A stretch of 64,000 nt of DNA, taken from NCBI RefSeq assembly GCF_910592395.1, contig NC_088312.1, positions 2,933,858-2,997,857 on the forward strand, given 5' to 3'. This document shows, piece by piece, positions 1 through 11,700 of this stretch. This DNA is from Lineus longissimus. Its lineage: Eukaryota. The notes under the pieces were generated by a model. That model worked only from the letters and a program-made list of their open reading frames with translations, was not told the DNA's origin and made no database searches. The position numbers and the translations under genes are program-made. Numbering within the stretch: position 1 is the first letter of the stretch; every line of letters starts with the position of its first letter.

Positions 1-47
1 AGATTGTATGAATTCGACTTCAATTTTGTATCATTCTATCTTTTCAG

Positions 48-157
48 GTGATAATTTGCATTGCGTACCTCTAGAAAGGCCCTTCAAAGCCAAAAGCCTT
101 GCCCACTACCCTGAAAATGTGCCGTGGAATCCATTTGACAAGGCAGCGGTGGGGATG
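48..157 (+). CDS. DENND5: DENND5-like exon (uDENN region); gene is 5'-truncated by the window
   Basis: Acceptor ttttcag|, donor |gtaagg. Translation ...DNLHCVPLERPFKAKSLAHYPENVPWNPFDKAAVGM is phase-consistent with the next exon. Confidence 0.7.
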
Positions 158-280
158 GTAAGGAATAGATTGTGGTTCTGTGAAAATGGAGTTCAGCTTT
201 GGATACATCTCAATTAGTCAGAGCTGAATTCATAGTATGTCTTTTTTTGTTAACTAATATTCCCCATTCTCTTTTTCCAG

Positions 281-815
281 CTGTGCTATCCCCGTGGTGT
301 GTCCTTCAGAATTGAGGTCCAAGAGAGGCCATCGCGATTCCATTCTTTCCTCATCACAAAAGAGGATGGCTCACGGACATATGCGGGATGCTATACATTC
401 TATGAAGAAGTTGTCAACTCGGAAATATGTGCTGCGATGCAGACTCTACATGCCATGCACTTGGCTGAACTCAGCAACGATCAATCTAGAACATTATACT
501 CCCACCTCGGACCGGTTCATGAACGGAGCCCAAAATCAAAGCAAAAGCATGGCGTGAACATGGCAAATTTTTATGACATTAGCAAGGACACACTCTATGT
601 CACGAAATGTATATGCATACTGTCTCAAATGCCGTTTGTCACATCAATAAAGGAATTTCTCTCGACTTTACACAGTGCTGTGATTGGCAGAGAGAAGCCA
701 CCCTTGCCTCTTGAGAGTTATGTTTATAACATACTGTACGAAGTGCCACTGCCACCACCGGGGAGGAGTATGAAGTTCTCTGTGCTGAATAAGTCAATCT
801 ACTGCCAAAGACCAG
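281..815 (+). CDS. DENND5: DENND5-like exon (uDENN/DENN)
   Basis: Acceptor ccag|, donor |gtaag. LCYPRGVSFRIEVQERPSRFHSFLITKEDGSRTYAGCYTFYEE... matches ORF 299..844. Ends in phase 1. Confidence 0.85.
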
Positions 816-1125
816 GTAAGAAGTCATCCTGCAAGCCATGGTGAACAGGAGCCAACAAGTCTTGAATAAATCTCTGGTGATCTGTTTGGCTGCCCCTTGA
901 CCATTGGTATGCAGAGTGAAATAAACGACCTTGGTCAGTATTGAAGGTCAACTGCTCGGCTGTACCCTTGGCTCAATGTCGTCATGAAAGTGACATTATT
1001 CACTGGTCTCAGTTCTGTCAATATTCTTGAGATGAAGGCAGAAGTAAACACAGAATATCAAAAGATCCTTTGACCAAACCTTTCTGTTTTCGTTAGTTAA
1101 GTCTCTGTTTTTGGTATCTTTTTAG

Positions 1126-1251
1126 GTATAAGTGAGCTGCCGTTCTTCGAATACTCCTTACAAGAGCTATTTTCATTGATTGGCATAGAGAATGTGCTGC
1201 AAGTTTTCACAAGTTTCTTACTGGAGCACCAGATTCTACTCTATTCATGTG
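1126..1251 (+). CDS. DENND5: DENND5-like exon (DENN core)
   Basis: GISELPFFEYSLQELFSLIGIENVLQVFTSFLLEHQILLYSC, bounded by tttag| and |gtaagt. Confidence 0.85.
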
Positions 1252-1366
1252 GTAAGTTTTGAAGTCCAAGACAACCAGTTTTGTTGCAGAAGGAACACCG
1301 CTTTATTTTACAACTGATAATCCCTATATGCCGAAATATTATCAAATGATTTAAAACCTGTTTCAG

Positions 1367-1551
1367 ACTACCATCAACTGATGCTTGTAGCAGAAGGGAT
1401 CAGTTGCCTCATCTTCCCCTTTCAATGGCAGCACGTCTACGTACCAATTCTCCCTGCCGCATTGACGCATTTCCTTGACGCCCCTGTACCATTCGTCATG
1501 GGTCTTCACCACTGTGGTGAAGATAGATCTCAATTACAGCTGCCAAGTGAG
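1367..1551 (+). CDS. DENND5: DENND5-like exon (DENN core)
   Basis: [52 protein letters not shown]..., bounded by tttcag| and |gtaagt. Confidence 0.85.
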
Positions 1552-1785
1552 GTAAGTATCCAAAGGCTCAGATCACTATCTCTGATGGATCACCAATTGT
1601 AAGGAGAAAAGGGAGCAAGGTATCATCAGCTCTCATATAACCTTTGTTCTGCGTTGGTTCGAAAGTCTTCCCATAGACAGATCTATAGCTGTATAGTGTT
1701 TTTGATTTCTCATCACTCATCATGTACCGAAGAGATGGCTTCGACAAACTTACCAACTCTGGACCATTCTTTCATTTCGTTTCAG

Positions 1786-2659
1786 GCCAACATGTGCTTT
1801 GTTGATATCGATAACAAGGTGGTGGACACGCCAGAGGATCTGCCCACATTTCCAAACATTAACGAATTACGAGAAGAGGTGACGGATGTGTTTGTGAAAT
1901 ATCTTGTGCCTGATACTAATACCTCATTGGACAGTGAGAACAATGCCGTGGCAGCAGAGTTACCGTTAGACTATAATACAAAGTATTACCGTGATAGTCT
2001 GAAGCGTCATAATAAAAACGGTAATAAAAATGAGCCAGGGAATGCAGCATCAAGTCGCGAGGGGCGTAAGTCGAGCATTCCGCAGAATCGGTACGAGATA
2101 CTTCAACAAAGCGAGGCAATGCAAAAGGTTGCTGCCATCGCGAAAAAGACTGGTGTGATATCATCTTTAGACGATGTTCATGACGATCTCTCAGGTGATG
2201 ATGTTGGTAATGCCAACGAACCAAAAAAGGCCAACGCCAACGAACAAAATAATCAAAATAATAATAACATGGAAAAGACATGTTTAGCAGGGATGGTTTT
2301 CAATAACGCAATGCGGGAGATTTTTCTAAATCATCTCGTGTACATGTTTATATCGTATGAATCATTTGTGATACAGCCTTCACAGGACATGGAGTCTTGG
2401 TTAACGAATCGAGAATCCATGCAAAACTTTGACAAAGCAGCATTTTTGAGTGATCAACCAGACACGTATCTACCGTTTCTGTGCCCGTTTCTGGAAACAC
2501 AGATGTTCACGACGTTCATTGACAATAAGATTATGTCGCAGTGGGAGGACCCTGAGCCAAGCTTACGGTTGTTCGAGGCACGCATGAAAGCAATCAAGGA
2601 ATCGAATGGAGAACTCAGGACGCACCAGTATTCTCGGTGTATAAACATCAGGGATTCAG
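1786..2659 (+). CDS. DENND5: DENND5-like large exon (dDENN plus an N/Q-rich low-complexity insert)
   Basis: ANMCFVDIDNKVVDTPEDLPTFPNINELREEVTDVFVKYL... within ORF 1654..2685. Acceptor ttcag|, donor cag|gtaagc. Confidence 0.8.
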
Positions 2660-2813
2660 GTAAGCAAGTTCCTCATTTCTTTTGACGAAAAGTGAGGGCT
2701 ATGTACAAGTAAACTTGTGTGATTGGTGTTGAAATAGTGTTGAATTTTGGCACATCCATTAGTTGCAAAATACCTCAACATATGTTGACCTGGTGTAATT
2801 TCCTTGTTTTCAG

Positions 2814-2964
2814 AAGCCCTCCTGGAGAAACGAGCAGCAGTCATCGATCACATTGCAATAGAACCCCACGCACTTGACACTAAGTCAAGCCCTACAACCC
2901 ACAAGAGAGGATTCTTCCCCAAGCTTGATTCAAATTCATTGAATAGGGAACCAGTAACAAACAG
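2814..2964 (+). CDS. DENND5: DENND5-like exon
   Basis: EALLEKRAAVIDHIAIEPHALDTKSSPTTHKRGFFPKLDSNSLNREPVTN. Phase 1 in, phase 2 out. Confidence 0.75.
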
Positions 2965-3156
2965 GTGAGGTCAAACTGAGTCGGCTGTTTCCTCGACAGC
3001 ATTTTGTTGGGATCAAGCTCCAATGACACAATCGTTCAATCTCTCGTAGATGGCTTCTCCACTATATGTTTTCAGTCAAGCCCAATGTAGCATCAATTTT
3101 CAATCCGTTATTTCATTATTGCACCAAATTTCTAATTCGTGTGTCACTTTTGGCAG

Positions 3157-3247
3157 ATCTGCACGACGAGGGAGCGCGAGTTGGAGACGGAAGGACAGAC
3201 TGTTTCAACATACACAACATCTTGGCCTCAATTCAGATCAGAGAGAG
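3157..3247 (+). CDS. DENND5: DENND5-like exon (Ser/Arg-rich linker)
   Basis: RSARRGSASWRRKDRLFQHTQHLGLNSDQRE, bounded by ttggcag| and |gtgggt, phase-consistent. Confidence 0.7.
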
Positions 3248-4845
3248 GTGGGTATCTTAGGCCTTAAAAAAGTATCGAATCAAGTATGAATCTGAATGGT
3301 TTATGTGGAATGGATTATGTATTGAACCACAGTCCCCTTGTTGAGGATTTTGGGTGTAATTTGGGGTTTACCAGAGTGGTCTTGAATAGACAGACGAGGA
3401 CCAACAGTCAAGTTTTACCATTTGAAACTCGCTCACTTCCCTTTGTAATGTTGCATGTTTTCAAAAGATTGAAAGTAGTTGAATGATAGAACCGTTTGTT
3501 TATTTCATGACTTGCATAGACTGCAGAACAGGTAACTTTTGCCACTAATTATTTGATGTTTTTTGTGGAGTGTTTATGTTTTGTGTTAATTTCATGTGCG
3601 TGAAATAGCATTTACAGTACGTAACCTAAGTCTTTTAGGAAATGAGATACACTTGATTCACAGTTGCCTGGTTATTGCTCTTGCTGTTTTCATAGCTGCT
3701 AGTGTAGCTGTGTAAGTCGAGAACTGGATAGAACCCAGGAATCATGGACTGGACTGGCTTGAGTGTTTCCGGTTCACCTTTTGAACAGCAACTCGGGCTT
3801 TACCTGTCCAATGATGACACTTTCAAAGATTCTTTGTTAATGATATTAGCCTGTTATTTTCCTATCAGTTAGTAAACTGATACCGGTAGATGTGTGCTAA
3901 CGTTATAGTTATAGTAATTTTAGACAATTCCGCCTTCTCTTCAGGCAATATGTAACGATTTTAAAGATGAAATGTTGTTCCTGTGGAGGGACAGTGCCTT
4001 TGTTAACTGTATTTCAGAGTGTGTAGTTTTTGACTGTGTGCTCTTTTCACTGTCCAGCTGTGTCCGTATTGGACCCAGTTCACTTTCAGTCACGTGTTCT
4101 TTGGAATAGCAGGTGGAGGGTGTGGGGGTTGACATTGTTGGCGTATTTGATAGAGTTCTGGGGATGAATCTGGGAACTGTTGAATCTGGGAACTGTTGAC
4201 AAAAATGCATGAGTCATAGAACATTTATGAGTAAAAATCACATACACTTGAGTTTAAACAATTTTACAATAATCCCCCACCTGGTTTGATAGAAATAGGT
4301 GTGAAATTCCATTGTGTACTTGTTTTTACAGGTTTTATCTCTGTATACAATATTAGGAATGCATGTCATAAGCTTCAAACATTTATCATTAGACAGCTTA
4401 CAGATGTCGTTTATGTGTTTAGCATCCCAAAAAAGTCACTCATGTCCATGCATGTCAACTGACCTTTTTGCACACATGGATGGCTACAGGATAAATGTGT
4501 CCCCAAATCATTCGGGGAAACTATCCCAGAGCTCTCTAAGATACCAGCTGAGTTTGAACTGGCCCATATGTGATCATAACCAAGTGTAGGCGATCTTTGA
4601 TAAGAAACTGATGACAATGTCCGAAAAATTTGTGTTTTGTGAAATTTGGGTGAAATAGTCGTGGTCTTTGTCTTCAACTATCAACAGGAAAATTTGAAAA
4701 AATGCAAATGTTTTATTATTCATCATTGTGGGATTCAAAAAAGGGAGTATCTATCACCTCAAACAGAAGTTTGGAGCATCCCTCCCAATACATGTCGGTC
4801 GACATGGACGTTCAGAAAACAGTATTACCTTGAGAATATAAATGA

Positions 4846-4971
4846 CAATGGGTGATATGAATAAAGGCTAGCAAATGCTTTTACTTCAATTTTGTACAGA
4901 AAGGCCAAGTGTAAATGTACATGGAGTTTTAGATAAAAGCATTTACTACTCTTTATTCATATCACCCATTG
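4846..4971. mobile_element. Palindromic MITE-like foldback element (~125 bp) in a DENND5 intron
   Basis: 21-bp perfect terminal inverted repeats CAATGGGTGATATGAATAAAG ... CTTTATTCATATCACCCATTG; the interior is also self-complementary. Confidence 0.45.
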
Positions 4972-7593
4972 ACAGCTTCCCGTCTTTTGTAGTATGCTTT
5001 AGCTGAGAAACATGCGAGGCTCTGGCTTGTGAGTACTGAATCCACATTAACAATACCATGATGTAGTGTGCATTTTTAAACTTGGTGTTTATTTTGAATG
5101 AGAAGCACTCATTACTTTTGCTTTTTCATCTGTCTGGATGAAGCAGGGCACTGAGAGACTCGAAGCATGACCTGTATTCCTGGCCCTCATTTAAATCATT
5201 CTGTACCAAGCTTGCACTATGCATTTCCAATCTTTCTCTAAATTAACAGACAAATTATTTTCTTGGCAATGAATATTGTACGGTAGATCTACAAGTAGTT
5301 TTGTCACACTTGGGCTGACTTTGCCCCAAAGTCGAAAAGTTTGGCACAGCCTTCGTTTGATTTGTAGAATATTTGTTTTCAAAGATAATTTTAAAATATC
5401 AAAATTTCTCATTTCAAGGAAAAAACATGCTTTGATTTTGGATAAAATTTTTGCATTTCAAACCATGAAATAGACAAGATGGAGTTGTGATTCATTCTGA
5501 CATGTTGCGAAGTTTAGATAGCAATCAAGAACACTAGACATATATGTACCGGTAGTTGCAATTTACTTCAAAATAAAATGGCCACGAATAATTCTTGGTT
5601 CACAGACTCTTGATTTTGAAACTAAGTGCAAAAGAACAACATCAGCAATTTCTGCCTCACCACAGCTTTTTGACATTTGATTGTACTTTTGTGGTTGCCA
5701 CTTAGACTTAGCTCTATCTTTAGAACTTCAGTGTTAAAGTGCTTTGTATTGGTTCTCAGTGAGATTTTATAAAGATAAAATGCCTTCCTCAAATATATGT
5801 TTGTGATTTTGCTGTGAAATTGTTGAAATTTGTACGAAAGTGACATTGTAGAATTGTGGTGAAGTATTTGTCTGTCTCTCATCAAGCATTGCTGCTGTTG
5901 ATGTGCAAAATTTATCTCATCAGAAAAATCCCAAATCCTGTGAGCTAATTTTCTGTCCAGTCAACCTTTTGCCACCCCCTGAAAGCCTCTTTGTGGCTAA
6001 AACTTTGCAATATAATTCACCATCAAATCACGAATCTTAGTCTGTGCACGAACCTGGACTATTTGGGATTTTTCTGCAAATTATATTTCTCTTTAAATTC
6101 AATAAATGTTCTCTGAGACACATTGGTGTGCTTGAGGCACATGCCTGAAAAAATCCAATTTACCTGCTTACAAAATCTGTTATTTTGTTTCACACCACCT
6201 CCCTTGCTTATTTTGCAGTGTTGATCAATTGTGTCAGGTCTACTCAGAGTCAGAAACTAAATGTCTTAGCCAATGATTTATAGTACTTATGATGTACTGT
6301 CTGATGTTCCTGAATGCGTCGGCTTGCGGTTACCAGAGTCTGGCTTAACAACTTAGCAGAAATTATAGAAACTTGTTGCTTAGCGACAGACTTTGAAATA
6401 TCAAAGTATGAGTGTAGGCTCTTTACCAGACAGTTTCAAGAAACAATTTTAGAAGCATTTGCCAAATCTATCCATGCTTACTGTATTTGAGATAAAATTC
6501 TTTTGTAGATTCTTTTGTTGTGTTGCAGACAAATGCTGGTGAAAAAATCAAGTTCACGTTGATGTATAGATGTACATAACTTCACCAACTTGAAGCTTGA
6601 CTTTATAAGCAGATTATTCTGTCCTTGTGTTGAAATTTTCCCCTGAAAGGATGCTAGTCTTCTGAATTTTTCAAAATGTTTTTTCCAAGGAAGTTTGTTG
6701 AATTCCCCTTTTTGTGTTGCATCTTTCAGTATGTCTCATGACTTGTAGCAGGAGTTTAGTTGACTTCCCCAAACTAATTATCTTTGATTTGGCCTGTATT
6801 CCTTATCATGATCGAACTAATGAATAATTCTTTTTGTGTTAAATCGTTTTTAAATCTATCTCTGAGTTTGTTCCTGGAGTTTTAGTTGATTCTTCATCTT
6901 CCGACTGAATAGGTTTTGTCTATTGTCATTATTTCCCCCAAAGTACAATGTAATTGCAAAACATAAACCCTTGGCTACATCCCATTTCTTGAGGGTAATC
7001 AGTGACCTGGGTAAAGGAATTGAATGTTGAAATACAGGTTCTCATATCATTGGATTTGTGTCACTTTTCCTCTTGAATTGAACCATTCTTGTATTGTATT
7101 CTTCAGTATCACGTAACTTTACATCAAGCACATATGTCGTATTTATACCAAGCCTCAAACTTCAGATTTCCTTCCTGAATCCAGGCCAAAAACGCATTAA
7201 AACTCATCTGAATGTACTACATGATTGTGGCAATGATGCATGTAGTGCATTTACGATGTAGATGAATTGTAATGGGGTTCAAAATCAGTCTTCTGAGAGA
7301 CTAAACTTGAATGTGTTTGGACAAGAAAGGAATGAATTCCCCAACGCTGAACGTATATCCAACATCCAATTTTCCTTTTCGTTCACCCCATTGGCTAAGT
7401 TTGTATATAAAAACGATCATTTTGACTAACTGTGCTGGCAAGGTTAGTGCAGAGATCAGAACTAAAAACACATGTTACAGATCTTCTCTTACACAGTGAT
7501 ATTTCATCCAAGTTTTTGGGAACAACCGAAACTTGGAGGTTTCATGAATTGCCTATCTTTTATTCTCTTAAAATACATTTTTTTTCTCTTTAG

Positions 7594-7719
7594 AAATACA
7601 TCCAGGAGGCCCGGAGCAAGAGTGTTCGGCAACCGAAGCTGTCAGACATGGCCCCCGCTGCTATGTCACAGACAAACTGGAAATTTGTTGAGACGCTCCT
7701 GAAAGAATGCAAGGCAAAG
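7594..7719 (+). CDS. DENND5: DENND5-like exon
   Basis: [42 protein letters not shown], bounded by tctctttag| and |gtgtgt. Confidence 0.8.
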
Positions 7720-7917
7720 GTGTGTGCATTGTTACGATCATAGATCGTAAAGAAAAGGGTCTACTGCAGTGTTCATTGAGCAGCTCATCTGAGTTGTAGT
7801 AAAAGGTTTAAAGAAAGACTGGAATAAAGTTGATGATTTACCTTTATGTGCTTGATATCAGACTATCAACTTTCTTATAAACCAGTGACTACTATCGGTA
7901 TATTTGCCTTCTTTCAG

Positions 7918-8070
7918 ACAAAACGTATGGTTGTGGAGAAGATGGGACAAGAAGCTGTGGAACTTGGACATGATGAGGGAACCGTGACGGGCGTCGAGGA
8001 GAACACACTCATTGCAGGTCTGTGCGATCTGTTGGAGAGGATATGGAGTCATGGACTTCAAACAAAGCAG
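7918..8070 (+). CDS. DENND5: DENND5-like exon (RUN1 block A)
   Basis: [51 protein letters not shown]; donor coordinate fixed by ORF 7846..8082. Confidence 0.85.
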
Positions 8071-8305
8071 GTGAGAATGTGAGATGCGCTGGAGAGGATC
8101 TTCCAAGAAAACATGTGATGCTCTGTGATCTGTTGGAGAGGACATGGAGTCTGAACTGAGGAAAGACCTGTTTTGCCCCATTTTGCCAACATCGCTACTA
8201 AGGGTTAGTCTTCCGCCGGAGACTGGTTGCCTACCTGGGCTAAGTAGGCGGGTCTCCCCCATGGAGCTCGTTGCTCTTTTAACCTGTATATTTGTCTGTC
8301 TTCAG

Positions 8306-8402
8306 GGAAAATCTGCCCTCTGGTCTCATCTCCTGAACTATCAAACGGTAGAGGAATGTAAAGACACTAGTAAACCTATTGACCCTAACTTCCTAACACC
8401 AG
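8306..8402 (+). CDS. DENND5: DENND5-like exon (RUN1 block B)
   Basis: GKSALWSHLLNYQTVEECKDTSKPIDPNFLTP, bounded by cttcag| and |gtaagc. Confidence 0.8.
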
Positions 8403-8612
8403 GTAAGCTCTTCTTAATCTGTTGGTTCCTCCTGTTTCAACTTGGAACAGTATTTTCATTGCACAATAATCACTGGTTACACAATGATCGGGTCTACCTT
8501 TGTGTCCTGTAAAGTATCAAGTCATAAAAAGCTTCTACATGTAAGACTTAAGTTTATATTTGATCAAAAATGTTACATGACTCTAATCGAATACATATGC
8601 ACCTGTCTGTAG

Positions 8613-8714
8613 GACAAGGCAGAGAGGTTGTTATAAGCATCGTCGCCATGGGTTGCCCAGTTCGATGCCAAATAAACCATCAGACAGTGTTTGATGCCCA
8701 GGATTTCACTGAGG
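8613..8714 (+). CDS. DENND5: Putative DENND5 exon (RUN1 middle); uncertain
   Basis: GQGREVVISIVAMGCPVRCQINHQTVFDAQDFTE, bounded by tgtag| and |gtcagt. Phase-compatible with both neighbours but not recognisably conserved; other exons may exist in 8.7-14.7 kb. Confidence 0.35.
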
Positions 8715-11700
8715 GTCAGTACATCTATAACATCAGAGGATTGGGCTTGGTGTCGGACGTGCTCCATTGGGAAAGATACCCTGATACCCTTGGTGCAGTC
8801 GCTTTCCTCATCATGTTACCCTGGAATTCCCTTAGGTCGTGGATATGGAACTTAAGTTGTCTATTGATTGCACCTTGGATGTGGTTCAATACCGTAGATG
8901 GGAAATTTTAAAGGGGCTTTAATATAAAGTAACTTAATTCAGCTGGTTTTCAACATTACTCCGATTAAATGCCGATTGAGCAACCTGGCCCTTGATGTGT
9001 CTTTTGCTAATTCACTTGTTGAGCAGTCAAGAGTTAGGTTACTTATAGTGGAGTCCCTTTAAGAAGGTGTTCAATGCACTTTAAAATTTGATTTTGAGCA
9101 TGCTAAAATGCACTTTCTTTATAAGAACTAATTGATTGAATGGCATGGCAAACGTCAAATATTAAAACCCTCGAGGAAAAAAGAAAAATCTGACAAAAAT
9201 CCTTTCACAGAATTTTAGACTTATAATCTCTCAAACATCATGCTTCTCTATAGGCTTCGATCTCATCTGCTGAGCTTTGCTATATTTTCTCCAGCGATCC
9301 GGGGGCCGCCGCGTCATAGCCCACTCAGTGGACCAGCAGGCCCAGTGGTCATTCTAGATCGGGTGAAAACCCTCCTCCCTTGGGGCAATATGTACCGGTA
9401 TTATCAGGATCTGATAAGTGAGATACTTATAGTTGCTATTGTCCGTGCATGTTCCTGCTGCTTGAAATTCAGCCAAGTTTTCCAGAGAATTCTGGTTAGA
9501 ATGCTGCCATTCAGCGAAGTTTTGGGTTACAATAAAATGGAGTTACACATATGAAATGATAAAATTTCATACTAAGATGATTTCAGGAAGATTTGGCTGA
9601 ATTACTGTTTTATAATTGATGCATTAGACCATGCAACCGCTAACAATGGGAGTGGGTACGACATTTGCCTTGACTTGCATCCGTAGTCAATGGTGAATGA
9701 AGCAGCAAAGCCATTGTACATACGTGCATTTCCTTTCATTTCTGACCAGAATTATATTTCAGGCATAACCATGGCAACCAGTAGGAGAAATTCATAAACT
9801 TGAAGCCAGATCAAAGCAATTCTTGATAATTGTATCGAAAATACACATTTTACCTTGGCTGCGCTAGCTGCAATTATGACCAGGATTTGATATGAGGACC
9901 GATCATTTCAGTCAGCATGTGCATCTTGCTGTGCATCTTGCTGTGCAAAACTCTGCACTGAAATGATTGCCTTACATCATGTCCAAGATTCTAACCTCGG
10001 TTGAACCACCTACTAATCTCTAGACTAGGACAAAGTTAACTATAAACAAACTGTCTGCATTGATACCTGAAGATAACATCCAAGCTTTTGAAAGCATGTC
10101 CCAATTCAGGGCATCCCAGAAAGACCGCAGGCACGATACTTCAAGAAGCATATGATGCTAAGATCATGACAGTGACATTGGAGACTTGCATTCTTACTGG
10201 GAGGTACTGTGGTTTCAAATCTGTTATAACATGTTATTACCTCCATCCTGGGTTCAGGTTTGCAATGCAATTTGATGGTCCCGGGCTTGCGTTTAAAGGC
10301 ACAAGATAACTGCATGATAACTCTCAAGTTAACCAACACCATTTTCAATGCAGAATTCTTGTCCACCTTTTGGCCTGAGTAGGTCTATGCTGTTTAACAT
10401 GTTATTTTTGAAAATTTTCCTTTCACGTGACAAAATTACCACACCTACATAACACGGGTATGTACACATGTACAGCTAAAACATAAAGCCAGATGAACCA
10501 ATGAACCAGCATCATCTGGGCATCATCATACTGCAAACATGATGACACAAAGTCTTTTCTCCATCAGTGTTTAAAACAAGACTAAGATGTTCAAAAACAA
10601 GTAACAGATCTTAAGGGCATTTCATGGTGAAATGAGTGTGGTCCATTGCGAATGATTTTCACAAAGTCAGCCTTAGAAATTTGGAATAGTCCTGGTTGTT
10701 GAGTTGCGTACACAGTTATAGTATCAAGTTAGCCAGTGTCCTCTCAATGTAGCCATTCTAATTTAAACAAAATATTTACTGCAGATTCTACTCCATGGTC
10801 TGGTACGTCTGGTACGTGTGATTCTTTCGACACGGTTTCCTGTCGTGAGTGGCTGTCAGTGGTGGTGGGCAGTTGGAGTCTGTTGGGGGAGGGGGGGGGG
10901 GGGGTATAGTCGATCCTGTGTGGCATGGCTAATCATGCAGTGGCAAGTTGTGGTCAGTGTTCAGTGAATGTGATTGGAATAGTGGTCTTTGTTGTCCAAA
11001 AATAGGCATGAAGAAAATCTTGAATGGGTAACCAGCTGGAGGAGTAACAAGATATCCAGCTGGAACAGTCATATCCAGGGCTCTGGAAATATCATCTGAT
11101 ATCCTGGTATCTGTTTTAAGGTATCGGTATATTCTCATTAACTGATTAATGCCTCGGCTGCTTGAATTATCAGTAAAATGGCATTGACAAACTACTCAAT
11201 TTGCATGTGTTTTCACCATGTAACAAGTTCTGTGTCACACTTCAAAAGTGGTGGCTTGTATTTCACTGAGTGAACTACATGTATAGTGTGCTCTGTGGCT
11301 AAATATGATATGAAGCTTTCAATAATGATGATCTGTAGTTCGTCAGTGTGTTAGTTGAACATCTTAGTTTTGTCATGTTTGGTGCAGAATGGATTAGGTT
11401 GGATCAATCCATGTGTTTTCAATCAATATAACTGTCCTGTTGACCGGTATGTAAAACAAGTAGTAAAAGGCATCAGGTGTTCTCTTATGTCGATTAAAGG
11501 TATTCAACTAAACAGAGTCTGAACACATCCTTTGGAATCCTTGGCACATCCAATTAAAAGCGATGATGGTTTGAGTCCGATCTCAACTCGGGCTGGTTAA
11601 TGAAATGGAAGATAAGGTTAATGGCTCATTTGAAAAGAAGGTGATTGGATCCTTCACTTTTCTCTTCTGATATGGGTTCTTGTTGTATCTTTACCAGGAA

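Noticed and set aside
8715-8911. Continuation of ORF 8570..8911 past the proposed donor at 8714
   Set aside because: The downstream translation (QYIYNIRGLGLVSDVLHWERYPDTLGAVAF...) shows no RUN-domain similarity; the exon itself is kept only at low confidence.
9240-9554. 104-aa plus-strand ORF in a DENND5 intron
   Set aside because: No splice context fits the DENND5 phases, and the translation is non-conserved and low-complexity.
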